From assembly GCA_963664875.1 (NCBI GenBank), contig OY761611.1, positions 3,392,001-3,456,000 on the forward strand: DNA of 64,000 bases. The letters are read 5' to 3'. Positions 9,578 to 21,200 of this stretch are shown here, in pieces. A model generated the notes under the pieces. It did not search any database and was not told the DNA's origin. It was given only the letters and a program-made list of their open reading frames with translations. Position 1 is the first letter of the stretch, and each line of letters opens with the position of its first letter. This stretch comes from Candidatus Kapaibacterium sp. GTDB taxonomy: Bacteria > Bacteroidota > Ignavibacteria > Kapaibacteriales > UBA2268. Both the position numbers and the translations under genes were made by a program.

Positions 9578-11056
9578 ATGAAAATCAAATACTTATTATT
9601 GTCAATCTTAATGATAGGATTCATTGTGAGTTGCAATGAGGATTCTGTTTCAGTAGATGTACCAATCACGCCTACCGATACTACAAAAGTGGAAATAGAT
9701 TATTCAAGATACGATAGTCTTTACTTCTGTAGAAACGAGCCTATGACAATTTACGGTACAGGTTTTGGACAAGATACAGGCAACTTGGCAGTATATTTTA
9801 ACGATATGCAATTACCGATTCTGTATGTTTCAGACAGTACTTTAACAATTATAACTCCTGATACAGAAAAAGCAGGTGAGCTTAGCATTGTAAAGAATCA
9901 GATTAAAACTACGTTCCCTGAGAAAATTCAGATAGTCTCATATTACTGCTTCGAATTGTATAGTAAATCTTTCGAGATAAACGATAATTCCGCTATTGTA
10001 GAATTGGGAGCAAATGACTTCCTAAAATATTTGGAAGTACTTTCGATAAAAGTAGGAAATCAAGTTTTAGATTTCAATGTTGTTTCGGATAAAATATTGA
10101 GTTTATCACTGCCGAGTTTAGAAGCAGGTACTTATTCAATCGATTTGATGCTCTATAATCACAAATGGATAAGTATTCCACTTAATATCATAAAAAACAA
10201 CGACTTTAAGATAAATGGCTTTGCTCCAGCGAAAGTAAAGAATGGTGAGACAGTAGTTATATCCGGTAGTGGATTTGGTACTGATATTTCTCATTTAACC
10301 GTAGAATGTGAATTGATAAGTTCTGCTGATACATGGCTTAAATTTAAGCCTGTAGTTATTTCAGATTGCACAGATACAACGATTAGTTTTGTAGTGCCTG
10401 ACTGGTCAAAGTACGAAACGTTTATTAAAGTGACAAAAGGTGAAAAGTCAAAAGTAGCAGATACCAAGCTAATTATTGATAAAGGTTCGTTGGATTATAG
10501 TATGCTTAATATCCAACTAAGCGATTTTAGGTTTGAAGTTACAAAGAAAGGAATAGATAATCTTGAACCTGTTGACAGTATTTACATCGATAAGTATGAA
10601 CTTGATGCGGAAGATCTTAATATTATGAATTGCTTCAATGGAAGTAAGTTTCATTTTTACAAATCTACTTCTACTAGTGGCCAATATCCGGAGATAGATG
10701 AATATTCTTTAGCTATCGATTTCGAGATTGATACTATTCAGAAACTGTTGAAAAACTTTAAATTTACAAAACGAGGAAAAAGCATATATAGAACAAATCA
10801 TCAACAGTACACATATACTAATGAAAAAGAAGTTGAATTTGAAATAACGGAAATGCCTTATGCAATAGTTAATGGAAATTTGCAAATATTGTTAGAATCT
10901 ACAGATTTATCCAACTTACAATGCAAAATGAACTATGACCTATACTATAAGTATGATGTTTATAGTGTTGGAGCTGTGACTGAGTACAATATTGAAAGCA
11001 CAGGCAAGATAGTTTATAATAATGAGACTAAATTGCAAATTAGTATGGAAAGATAA
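9578..11056 (+). CDS. Lipoprotein with IPT/TIG domains
   Basis: Lipobox IVSC after a signal peptide (ATG 9578); two I.G.GFG IPT/TIG motifs. Confidence 0.7.
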   Translation: MKIKYLLLSILMIGFIVSCNEDSVSVDVPITPTDTTKVEIDYSRYDSLYFCRNEPMTIYGTGFGQDTGNLAVYFNDMQLPILYVSDSTLTIITPDTEKAGELSIVKNQIKTTFPEKIQIVSYYCFELYSKSFEINDNSAIVELGANDFLKYLEVLSIKVGNQVLDFNVVSDKILSLSLPSLEAGTYSIDLMLYNHKWISIPLNIIKNNDFKINGFAPAKVKNGETVVISGSGFGTDISHLTVECELISSADTWLKFKPVVISDCTDTTISFVVPDWSKYETFIKVTKGEKSKVADTKLIIDKGSLDYSMLNIQLSDFRFEVTKKGIDNLEPVDSIYIDKYELDAEDLNIMNCFNGSKFHFYKSTSTSGQYPEIDEYSLAIDFEIDTIQKLLKNFKFTKRGKSIYRTNHQQYTYTNEKEVEFEITEMPYAIVNGNLQILLESTDLSNLQCKMNYDLYYKYDVYSVGAVTEYNIESTGKIVYNNETKLQISMER

Positions 11057-11065
11057 TGGATAAAT

Positions 11066-11098
11066 GAACTTGAGGCAGGTTTAGCCTGCTTCAAGTTC
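11066..11098. terminator. Hairpin between convergent genes, probable bidirectional terminator
   Basis: gaacttgaggcagg-ttag-cctgcttcaagttc. Confidence 0.6.
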
Positions 11099-11472
11099 TA
11101 TTTTACATCTCTATATGCAGCTTCTTCGTTCCAGTCCCCGTCAGGATTGTTGTATTTATTTATGCAAAAGAAACTTACTTTTTCATCGAATATATAAGAG
11201 GCTATTGGGCTCGGCTGCCAGATTTGTACATTTCTTTGCCATGCTTCTCCAATTAGGTATTGCTCGACACAAAGAGCCGGATTGGAAGACATACCCCAGT
11301 CAATGTCTTCTGAATATTCTATTTTATTTATGGCTTTGCTCATTCCTTTTGCAGCATTCACTGCAAGCTGTTTTACTTCCTCATTCAAATTAGGGTCGTT
11401 TGTGCTCCATTTGAATTCAGTTTCGTTTGCTAAAATTGATTTTATTTTGCCAAATAGTTTATTTTTGTTCAT
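11098..11472 (-). CDS. Hypothetical protein
   Basis: 124-aa ORF with ATG start, co-oriented with queA; no recognised motif. Confidence 0.55.
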   Translation of the reverse strand: MNKNKLFGKIKSILANETEFKWSTNDPNLNEEVKQLAVNAAKGMSKAINKIEYSEDIDWGMSSNPALCVEQYLIGEAWQRNVQIWQPSPIASYIFDEKVSFFCINKYNNPDGDWNEEAAYRDVK

Positions 11473-11618
11473 TGGTGTCTTCTATAATACTGATTGTTTC
11501 GTGTTTTACAAATTGCTGTGGAAAAAAAATCCTTAAAAAAGGATAATAATATCTTGTCAGATTCGACTTTATATATGAGTTTCATATTATCCCTGAATGT
11601 TGTGGTCGCAATCTATCT

Positions 11619-12869
11619 TTATGAAGATTGCGGCTCTTTTTTTATTAGGAATGACGAATCTCCGTAGCTTAGGAAATTGAAGTCGTTTTCCAAAGCGTAA
11701 TTATACATCTTCCGCCAAAGTTCTTTTCCTGTAAACGCTGCAACAAGTAGAATCAAAGTACTTTGCGGCATGTGAAAGTTTGTTATGATACCACTAATCA
11801 TATTCAACTTATACCCCGGCATAATAAACAGTTGAGTTTTGCCGGAAATAATTTCGATTTGACTTTCATCCATCAACTCAAGAATTGCATTCATTGCTTC
11901 ATAAGGAGATGGCAATTTTTCGATTCCTTTTCTTATTCTGTAAGGATCCCATTGATGAACATAGATATTTGCTTCGGCAGTTTCTTTTAAGAGCAGTTTA
12001 ACACCATACCAATAAAGAGATTCCAATGTTCTCAAAGAAGTTGTTCCTGTAGCGATTACGTTGTTTTTGCCTGAGCGAAAATACTCTGTTATAGAGCTAA
12101 TAAAAGACTTTTCAATAAAAATCTGTTCTCTGTGCATATCGTGAGTGCTTACATCGCCATCGCTTATCGGTTTGAAGGTACCGGGACCGACATGGAGTAA
12201 AACCTCACCTTGCTCTACACCTTTGGTTTTTAACTTTGACAATATTTCATCTGTAAAGTGCAATCCTGCAGTAGGAGCTGCCACAGAGCCTTCGGTTTTT
12301 GCATAAACAGTCTGGTATCTGTCTTTATCCGATTCTTCTGTGTCCCGTTTAATGTAGGGAGGGAGTGGTATTTTTCCGGTTTTTTCAATCATTTCTGCAA
12401 ATGAGATATTTTCTTCCCATCGGAATTCAACTTTTGCTTTATTTCCTTCTTTCTCTAATACTTCGCAGATAAGATTGTCATTTTGAATTGGACTAAGTAT
12501 TGCTCCAGTGCTTATAGCTCTGCCTCCGATGATGCACTCCCAAACACATTTGTTATGCGTTGCCATAGTAACCTGTGGGTCATTTGACGGAGATATGGGT
12601 TCCACGACCAGTATCTCAGCTTTTCCTCCGGTTTCCTTTTTGCAAAGAAGTCTTGCAGCTATAACTTTAGTCGAATTCATCACCAAAAAAGCATCGGAAG
12701 GCATTAGATCAACAATGTCTGCAAACTTTTTAGTCTCTATATTATTTGCATTTACATCGCAGTAAAGCATTTTGCTTTGACTTCTGTCTTTTGCAGGGTA
12801 GCGTGGAATTCTGTCTTCCGGCAATAAATAATCAAATTCTTTTAAATCTATATGGGGTATAAAATCCAT
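11619..12869 (-). CDS. queA: S-adenosylmethionine:tRNA ribosyltransferase-isomerase
   Basis: PLPPYIKR, YQTVYA, GSVAAPTAGLHF, LHVGPGTF, TNFHMPQSTL, FLSYGDS. Confidence 0.95.
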   Translation of the reverse strand: MDFIPHIDLKEFDYLLPEDRIPRYPAKDRSQSKMLYCDVNANNIETKKFADIVDLMPSDAFLVMNSTKVIAARLLCKKETGGKAEILVVEPISPSNDPQVTMATHNKCVWECIIGGRAISTGAILSPIQNDNLICEVLEKEGNKAKVEFRWEENISFAEMIEKTGKIPLPPYIKRDTEESDKDRYQTVYAKTEGSVAAPTAGLHFTDEILSKLKTKGVEQGEVLLHVGPGTFKPISDGDVSTHDMHREQIFIEKSFISSITEYFRSGKNNVIATGTTSLRTLESLYWYGVKLLLKETAEANIYVHQWDPYRIRKGIEKLPSPYEAMNAILELMDESQIEIISGKTQLFIMPGYKLNMISGIITNFHMPQSTLILLVAAFTGKELWRKMYNYALENDFNFLSYGDSSFLIKKEPQSS

Positions 12870-12896
12870 TTTTATGCCTATTGAATTGTCAGGTGT

Positions 12897-13550
12897 TTAT
12901 GCTAATTTTGGCGTATTGGCTTCTTCTTCGCTATTTGGCAAAGTTTCTTTTTTTGCTTTCTCTTCCTTAGGCTTCCAAATAGTCTCTGAGTTGATTGCGG
13001 ACATTGATCTGCCGATATTATTGTTTTTCATGATATATTCTAAAGCGTCGCAAGCCTTATTAATCATGCTTTTCAAGTCTTCGCTTTCCGATTCTTTAAA
13101 TTCGGACAAAACGTAGTCAACCATGCCACCGGGGCCAAATTCTTTACCTATACCACAACGTAAACGCAAAAAATTGGAAGCATTCATCTCTTCAATGATC
13201 GAGGCTATCCCATTATGTCCGCCATCGCTTCCGTCTTTTTTTAGATGGATTTTTCCCACATTGAAGTTGTATTCGTCCACTATAACAATTATATTAGTTA
13301 CCGGAACCGAATATTTATTTGCGAGCTTGCGGACTGCCTCACCCGAAGCGTTCATATAAGTTGTGGGTTTGACAATTCCTGCAAGTTTTCCTGCATATTT
13401 GAATTCAGCGAAATTATAAATAGAGGACACAGGTGCAATCTCGATATTTCTTCGTTTTGCAAACTCATCAGCAACGAGCCAGCCTATGTTATGTCTTGTG
13501 TTGCTATATCTTTCACCGGGATTACCTAATCCTACGATCAACCAATTCAT
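12897..13550 (-). CDS. pth: Peptidyl-tRNA hydrolase
   Basis: LIVGLGNPG..Y..TRHNIG, KPTTYMNASG, GGHNG, RLRCGIG; start moved to ATG 13550. Confidence 0.95.
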   Translation of the reverse strand: MNWLIVGLGNPGERYSNTRHNIGWLVADEFAKRRNIEIAPVSSIYNFAEFKYAGKLAGIVKPTTYMNASGEAVRKLANKYSVPVTNIIVIVDEYNFNVGKIHLKKDGSDGGHNGIASIIEEMNASNFLRLRCGIGKEFGPGGMVDYVLSEFKESESEDLKSMINKACDALEYIMKNNNIGRSMSAINSETIWKPKEEKAKKETLPNSEEEANTPKLA

Positions 13551-13703
13551 ATTTTTTAGATTTGTTTTTGATACATCGCTACAAAAATAAGCATTTCGTT
13601 CTAAGCAGAAATAATAAATTTCAGTATAAACCAACCCGGCGAATCTCAGAGACATCGTTTAAGTATTTTTTTTATGCGTATCTTATACAGATGAGTATAA
13701 AAG

Positions 13704-14069
13704 CTAAAGACTTTTCTGTAAATCTTTCTTTGTAAACTCATTAATTGTATCACCGGTATTCAAAGTAGAAGCAGGCTCAAAAAGCATAATTGCAACTTCC
13801 TCATCAGCAACAGGTTTATGCTCAACTCCTTTTGGAATAATCGTAAATTCATTTGGTGAAAGCGTTAAAGTTTTATCCCTCAATTCTATTTTTAACTTGC
13901 CCTCAATTACAAAAAACATCTCGTCTTCTTGATCATGTTTATGCCAAACAAATTCTCCAAATAGCTTCGCCAACTTCACATATTGACCATTCAGTTCACC
14001 AACAATAACGGGCGACCAGTATTCCTTAATCTCTGCTAACTTTTGTTCTATATTTATTATGTTAATCAT
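13704..14069 (-). CDS. Cupin domain protein
   Basis: GEFVWHKH..EDEMFFVIEG and IPKGVEHKP cupin motifs. Confidence 0.9.
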   Translation of the reverse strand: MINIINIEQKLAEIKEYWSPVIVGELNGQYVKLAKLFGEFVWHKHDQEDEMFFVIEGKLKIELRDKTLTLSPNEFTIIPKGVEHKPVADEEVAIMLFEPASTLNTGDTINEFTKKDLQKSL

Positions 14070-14075
14070 TCCTAA

Positions 14076-17000
14076 CTACCTCACTACCATTACTTTGCGC
14101 CTCTCGACATAAGTAGGTGTTTTGAATTGCAATATATAATGACCCGAGCCTATTTCGGAAATGTCTTGGATTATTTGTCTATCCTGAAAATCTGAAATAT
14201 CTTCTGCGAAAAATGTGGCAACGGTTTTCCCAAGCATATTTACTAAAGTGATTTCTGTATAACCTACTTCAATGACAGAGAAGTCAATCTGTATGCGGTT
14301 CTCAGCCGGGTTAGGGGAGAGGTTAAATATAGCAACTTTCTCCTCTGTATTCGAGGTTGGTTTAAGTTTTTTGAAAAGACCACTTGTGAATTCTGTGTCA
14401 TAAGTAAACTCATTTCCTTCTTTGTCGAACCATATTAAATATTCGAAGTCAATAGAAGTACTTTCTACTAAACCAGGTTCAACTTTAAAAGGAATTGTCG
14501 TAAGAATATTACCCTCATTGTTAATCTCACCTTTAAATTTTACGTATGCGGAATCAGCTTTTGTTTCTACTAAATCTTCTTCGTTAATAACACTCAATAG
14601 GCTACTCTCAACACGCACTAATCCTTCAAAAGAGCCTATCATTTCTGAGAATTTCTCAATCCCATTATTTTCAATTTTAATATCAATACCAACAACCCCG
14701 CCTACTAATGCAGAATCAGTCGAAGCTGATACTTCCGCACCGATACCGGCACCGTAAAGCTGAGCTATTGCCGGAGAGCCAGCACCATTAAAGTGGAACG
14801 CAACCTGACCGCTTGTTCTTCCAATATATTTTGGATTAAAGCTAATATTTAGACTATAGGCTTTGTTCCCAGCTAATGTGAAAGGTTGAATCTGTGTCGA
14901 ATCTCTAAATATAAACTGCTCATTATCAGGACCAAGCATTTCGATCTTGGTAATATCGATTGGTTCAGGTGTCACATTTTCAATAAGAACAATGGATGAA
15001 TCAGCATTGTTATACATTTCACCAATACCAAAATCAATGATCTCTGAATAAGCTACAATCTGCTCTGCGACTCCATGTCCGTAAATATTTTGCGTCAGAG
15101 TATCCGCTTGAGTAACAACTACCACCTGAGCTGAATAATCCCTCACTTCAGTAGGAGTAAACTTAAACTCGCACATCTGTTTCTCACCAACTGCAACTGA
15201 ATAAACCGGATTCGGGCCATTCAATCCAAAATAATCCGCATCAGCTCCTTCAAAATAAATAGTATCAATCCTGCAATCCCATTGCCCGATATTATCGAAA
15301 AACTCAGTTATAACAGAATCTTTACTTGAGTTTACAACAACATCACCCATATTTATGTCTTGGCTTGAGACTTCGGGGGCAACTATGGAGAAAACAGCAT
15401 CAGAGGTATCGGATTGAATGCCGTTTGTAATACTCTCTATTTTCGCAACCCAAATGTCGCTTGTAGATTTACTTCCATCATGGTTTTTGGGGACATCAAA
15501 GTCGTTTGAGCTAGATTGAGAAGTAAAAACTATTTCAGAATAGTTGTTTATAAGGAAATCACCCAAGAATTCGTTTGAAGAACCACCTAATAACTTTTGC
15601 CACAAAAGATTTCCATCTTGGTCTAAATAGCTAATCCATGTGTCATATTCTCCATGATTTTCTGAAAATAGACCATCTTTTGAGCGACTATTGCCAGCTA
15701 AAACAAGATTCCCATTTTGACTCGCCTTGATTGATAACCCTGCATCTTCATAAATCCCACCTAAACATTTTTGCCAATCTATTTCACCGTTACTATCGAT
15801 TTTTACTAACCATGCATCATAGTATCCCTTATTACCGCTGACGTCATAATCAAATGAGTAGGTCTGCCCTGTAAATATATAATTTTTGTCCTGAGTTTCA
15901 ATAATGCTGCGAGCATTGTCTAAATTACTTCCGCCATAGTTGTTTTTCCAGATTACATTGCCCATCGGATTCATTTTAATAACCAGCACATCATCCATTC
16001 CATAATTTCCGTTTGTAGTCAGATTATTGGATTTAGTGACACCGGCAATGACAATGTTATTGTCAAATGTTTCCAACACAGAATAAGCTGATTCTGTGCC
16101 GTAACCTCCAATAACTTGCTGCCATTTAATATCTCCATTTTGTGAAATCTTCACAGTCCAAGTATCGTAATCGCCAAAATTCTCAATTATGTCTCCATCT
16201 ATTGAATTTGTTTGTCCTACAAAAATATACCCACCATCTTTAGATTGAATAATGTCATTGGCTTTGTCGTCTAACGAACCACCGTAACACTTCTTCCACT
16301 CTATGTTACCTTCTGAGTTGAGTTTGAGTATCCATGCGTCGCTGTTTCCATGGTTACCTAATACATCTTTATCATTAGATGTTGTTGAGCCTGCCAAAAT
16401 ATATCCGCCGTCTAAGGTATTGATAATTTTGCTTGCGATATCAATTTTGCTACCTCCGAATGTCTTGTCCCATTCAATTTGACCTTTTGAATTGATTTTT
16501 AGCAAGACTATGTCTTTATCACCGTTGTTTTTACTTATGTCCCAATTGTTGGAGTTTGAATACCCAGCTATTAAGTATCCACCGTCTTTGCATTGAATAA
16601 TAGAATTTGGACTGTCATTTAAACTACCTCCAAAACTATTAGTCCATTCCATCGATAGAGAGTTTTCTTTTGACTTTGTGTGTATTCTGACCAAACAATT
16701 ATCTGAAACTTTGAACGGGATATGTACCCACTTTGATTTTAAATTATCTGCATTGTTTAGCAATTCCTGCCAAGAAATACCATTATCAATGCTATATTCA
16801 ATAGACACTGTATCAGATGGAAGTACTCCTGACCAAGAAATGAGCGTATCAGTTCCAACTAAAAATTGTTCATTTCCATTTGGAGCAAGCAATGTGAGTT
16901 TTCTGTTATATCCGCCATTATTTTTAAATTTGTTTCCCGAGCAAAAAAGATAAGAGCTACAAAATTGAGTCTTAAACTCAAGCTCTGAAATTACATAGGC

Positions 17001-18104
17001 ACTGTTTTCAGGGGTGAAACTAACAGTTAAAGATAAACTTTCATTCTTTTTAAGTGAGAACTGCTTTGGTTGAATGTCAAATCTATTATCGGAACTACTT
17101 ATATTCGATACATCAATATCGTTTCCTATTGCAGTTACAACAATTGTGGTGTCATTACTTTGATTTAGTTTAGGTGATTGGAAAAATAAATTACTTGGTT
17201 CAATTAGTAATTTTGCTATGCCGCTTAGAGGTTGCGGATATGAAACTTTTCCTGTCAAATTTAAACTAAAATTTTCCACATCCAATCGAATTATATCTGA
17301 TTTGCATCTGTATTTCGAACTCCATTCAATAGTACAGGCAGAATTACCTTGCGTTGAGTGTAAAATCTTATTATAAGTTTCTTTTGCTTCTTCTATCGAA
17401 GTAATATTTTCAAACCACATTCCACCTGTTTCTTCGGCAATATTTTTGAGCATGATTGGACAATTAAACCCTAAAGTAACACAATAAAAGGTGGCATCCA
17501 TGCTTAGCGCTTTTGATAATATTTTATCTTCATTGCCTGCTGCGTACCCATCGGTTATTAGTACCATCACTTTTTTATGCTTCGCCTTCTCCAAAACAAT
17601 TAAACCACCAGCAATTGGATTAATAAAGGCTGCATTAAAATCAGTATCTCCGTAATTAGAGAGTGTTTGTAGTTTTTGTAAAAGCTTATTGCGATTGGTT
17701 GTAAAATCTTGTATATATTGATTTTCAGATGTAAAGGAAGTTATTGCACATTCTGACTTTCCAAGAGGCAGCGCGTTAACCCAGCTTTTTGCCGCTTCTT
17801 TAGCCATCTCTATGGAGTTCCCGGTCATTGAGCCGGAAACATCTATTGTAAGTACACTTGAAATTGCGGTAGGAGACTGAGGCGTAGGGCAGGAGATATT
17901 CAATACTTCTCTCTGTTCATCATTTTCGGTTACTTCGAAATCTGAAGCTTGTAGCCCTAATATCTGCTTTCCATCAGAGTCAAAAGCATAAAACTTTGCT
18001 CGCATAATCGGGAAGTCGGTTGTGTCAATATCGAAAACAGAGAGAGATTGGCTACCTGCTTGGTATATCAAAATCAGGAATAAGAACAATATGATTTTTT
18101 GCAT
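14076..18104 (-). CDS. Secreted VWA + beta-propeller + Ig-like (ASH) protein with T9SS C-terminal domain
   Basis: Signal peptide; MIDAS DVSGSM...ITDG; repeated W...FGGS..D/DGGY..AG units; SPNPA...KVMVVR tail. Confidence 0.8.
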   Translation of the reverse strand: MQKIILFLFLILIYQAGSQSLSVFDIDTTDFPIMRAKFYAFDSDGKQILGLQASDFEVTENDEQREVLNISCPTPQSPTAISSVLTIDVSGSMTGNSIEMAKEAAKSWVNALPLGKSECAITSFTSENQYIQDFTTNRNKLLQKLQTLSNYGDTDFNAAFINPIAGGLIVLEKAKHKKVMVLITDGYAAGNEDKILSKALSMDATFYCVTLGFNCPIMLKNIAEETGGMWFENITSIEEAKETYNKILHSTQGNSACTIEWSSKYRCKSDIIRLDVENFSLNLTGKVSYPQPLSGIAKLLIEPSNLFFQSPKLNQSNDTTIVVTAIGNDIDVSNISSSDNRFDIQPKQFSLKKNESLSLTVSFTPENSAYVISELEFKTQFCSSYLFCSGNKFKNNGGYNRKLTLLAPNGNEQFLVGTDTLISWSGVLPSDTVSIEYSIDNGISWQELLNNADNLKSKWVHIPFKVSDNCLVRIHTKSKENSLSMEWTNSFGGSLNDSPNSIIQCKDGGYLIAGYSNSNNWDISKNNGDKDIVLLKINSKGQIEWDKTFGGSKIDIASKIINTLDGGYILAGSTTSNDKDVLGNHGNSDAWILKLNSEGNIEWKKCYGGSLDDKANDIIQSKDGGYIFVGQTNSIDGDIIENFGDYDTWTVKISQNGDIKWQQVIGGYGTESAYSVLETFDNNIVIAGVTKSNNLTTNGNYGMDDVLVIKMNPMGNVIWKNNYGGSNLDNARSIIETQDKNYIFTGQTYSFDYDVSGNKGYYDAWLVKIDSNGEIDWQKCLGGIYEDAGLSIKASQNGNLVLAGNSRSKDGLFSENHGEYDTWISYLDQDGNLLWQKLLGGSSNEFLGDFLINNYSEIVFTSQSSSNDFDVPKNHDGSKSTSDIWVAKIESITNGIQSDTSDAVFSIVAPEVSSQDINMGDVVVNSSKDSVITEFFDNIGQWDCRIDTIYFEGADADYFGLNGPNPVYSVAVGEKQMCEFKFTPTEVRDYSAQVVVVTQADTLTQNIYGHGVAEQIVAYSEIIDFGIGEMYNNADSSIVLIENVTPEPIDITKIEMLGPDNEQFIFRDSTQIQPFTLAGNKAYSLNISFNPKYIGRTSGQVAFHFNGAGSPAIAQLYGAGIGAEVSASTDSALVGGVVGIDIKIENNGIEKFSEMIGSFEGLVRVESSLLSVINEEDLVETKADSAYVKFKGEINNEGNILTTIPFKVEPGLVESTSIDFEYLIWFDKEGNEFTYDTEFTSGLFKKLKPTSNTEEKVAIFNLSPNPAENRIQIDFSVIEVGYTEITLVNMLGKTVATFFAEDISDFQDRQIIQDISEIGSGHYILQFKTPTYVERRKVMVVR

Positions 18105-18190
18105 TGTATTGTGATTTATAGTGATAAAAACATCACAATATACAGATTTGATTTGTAATAATTTGAGGATTAATTTTTAAATTTTCTGAT

Positions 18191-18221
18191 TAAAAAACAG
18201 GCACCCTAAGAGAGTGCCTGC
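18191..18221 (-). terminator. Rho-independent terminator between the two VWA paralogues
   Basis: caggcac-cctaagaga-gtgcctg hairpin with a T6 tail on the minus strand. Confidence 0.65.
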
Positions 18222-18237
18222 GTAAAATCATTCCTAA

Positions 18238-21200
18238 CTACCTCACCACCATTACTTTGCGTCTCTCGACATAAGTAGGTGTTTTGAATTGCAATATATA
18301 CTGACCTGAGCCTATTTCGGAGATGTCTTGGATTATTTGTCTATCCTGAAAATCTGAAATATCTTCAGCAAAAAATGTAGCAACGGTTTTCCCAAGCATA
18401 TTTACTAATGTTATTTCTGTATAACCTGCTTCGATGACAGAGAAGTCAATTTGTATGCGATTTTCAGCCGGGTTAGGGGAAAGGTTGGAGATGCCGACTA
18501 TTCCATCAGGATTGAAGAAGCGTTTACCACCCTCTTCGCAAAGATCTATTAGCTTTAGACTGCCAGGTTTTGTATTGATAAGAAGCATTTTGTCTTTAGC
18601 AGTTATTTCTGAAAAAAGAATTGGGCTGACTTCTTTATCACCTAACATAATAGAGAAAGGCATCATTGCAAGAGTGTCGCCAATATTTTTGTTAACGTCG
18701 AACTCGTTAAAAGTAATATGTCCCTGATTCAAATGAATTTCTGCCAGCTCGTTAGTTGGCAGCATCACATAGCTGTTAAATTCAATTTTAGCTGCCATCC
18801 CATCGGAAACAAGTTTGTGCAAATTGAGTGTATCAACTAAAATTATTGGTAGATTTATAGTTTCGCCAGCACGCGCTTCTAAGTCAGGTATAGAAATAGA
18901 TATTGTCGGAGTTTGTGCTTCAATTGCTTCACCAAACACGTTGACAATAGCAGGATTAGCAGATAAGTGATGCAAAATTTCAATATATGAATCTTTAGTG
19001 CCTACTGTTTGCGGATAGAAATCTAAATCTACAAACAATGTGTCCCCTTCTGCTAAGGTAGTGCTTACAAATCCCATTCCTGTTTCAAAGTCTATCACAT
19101 CAGTTCCCTGTATTGTCACTTGAGATAGTATCAAATCTTCTGTTCCGGTATTAACAAGTATTGGAATATTTGTGCTGTCAACTCTTTGCCCGAGCTCGAT
19201 AGTTCCGTAATCTATGTTGTCTGTTATGATTTCCATGCCTTCACTTGTGCTTCTGCCTATTACATTTCTAATAATTGTATCAGACTGGCAGACCATATAG
19301 AGATTAGTCTGTTTGTTACCTGTGCTTGTAGGTTTAAACGTTATATCTAAATCAAGTTGCTCATCTTTAGAAAGATAGAAAGGAACTGAAAGATTTTTTA
19401 TTTCAAACTGATCAAAATCACCTTTTGCCAAAAAGACATTTTCAACTTTGTTTTCGTACAAGCCGGAATTATGGAAATACTCTGATACAGTTGAATCGTT
19501 TGCCGTTCCAACCGGCTGGTCAGCAAATACTATATCTTCTATGTCAACAGTATTTCTTGCATAGCCTTCAGCATGTAAAGCTACCTGATGTGGCGAACCC
19601 GAAGCATCATGATAGAATAGCAGAAGTCCGGAAGTTCTACCAATGGAATTTGCCGTATATGCTAAATCCATACGACATGTATCCCCAGGATTAAGAGTGA
19701 AAGGTCCTGCACCTTTGATGGTGGTAAAATCTGTTGCATTCGGAAAAGCGTGTTCTGTTTTTGAAATATTTACAGGGAAGTTACCCACATTGGTTATTGT
19801 AACAGCGTCTAATGTGTCGCGAGTATCTCCTATATACACCCGACCAAAATCTATATCTTCATTCACTACTAGAACTTTGGGTTCTACACCTTCGCCACGG
19901 ATGTTCTGAAATATAGTGTCTGCTTGAGATACAATGACAATTCTTGCTTTATACTCTCTAACTTCTGTAGGTGCAAACTTAAATTCTGCCCATTGATCTT
20001 CGTCTTGGAGTACTGTATATTTTGGTAAAGGGCCATTGAGTGCAAAATATTGATCATCAGAACCTGTAAAATATATTGAATCAATTCGACATTGCCACTT
20101 TCCATTGTTCGCAATAAATTTATTTACAACAGAATCTTTACGTGTATTGATTACTACTTTGCCCATATCTATATCTTGGCTTTCTATTTTTGGAATTACG
20201 ATAGAGAAGAGAGAATCTGATGTGTCAAATTGATCAAAAGTGCCTCCATCATCCAAAAGCCATATTCTTGCTTTTGATTTGCTGTTACCGTATGCGATTC
20301 TGCTTCCATCAGGACTCCATTCAACAGAGTAAATATAGCCTTCATTATTTTCAATTGAATATAGAACTTTACCTGTTGCTGTATTAAATATTGTAATGGG
20401 TCCGGTAAAACTAGATGTAGCAATCATATTACCATCCGGATTCCAACTAAGATAATTTATTGGGAAATCAAGATCATTAAGAATATTCAGAATAGTTCCT
20501 AAATTAGCATCCCAAAGAATGACATATTTGTCACTGCTTGCTGTTGCAACTTTACTATCGTCAGGACTCCACCCTAGGTGATTAACAGATCCCAAATGTG
20601 ATTTTAACTCTAACAGATTGATCCCGGTATTGGCATCCCAAATAACAGCAGTTTTATCAGAACTTGCAGTTGCAATTTTAGAACCGTCATGACTCCATGC
20701 GAGATGATTGACTACATCTGTATGTTTTGTAAGTAGATACAAGAGACTTCCGGAATTAACATCCCAAATAGCTGCTGTTTTATCGTCACTAGCAGTTGCG
20801 ACCCTCGAGCCATCGGGACTCCAAGAAACAATATTAACGTCTCGTTTGTGTACATTCAAGGTATGAAGAAGAGTACCAGTGGAAACATCCCAAATAGTAG
20901 CAGTATGATCATCACTCACTGTGGCAACACGAGACCCATCAGGACTCCAGCATATTTGACTTACTTTGCTCGATATGTGCTTTAAAGTTTTGAGCTGTTC
21001 TCCTGTTTCTGCATTCCAAATCCTTCCTGTACTGTCATAACTAGCCGTTGCTACTTTGGATCCACCAGGACTCCAACTTATATATGAAATTATTCCTTTA
21101 TGCCCTTCTAATATTGTCCGAATCGATCCTATATTAGCATCCCATATTAAGCTTCTGAAGTTTAAACCTGTAGTTGCTATCATGTTCCCGTCTGGACTCC

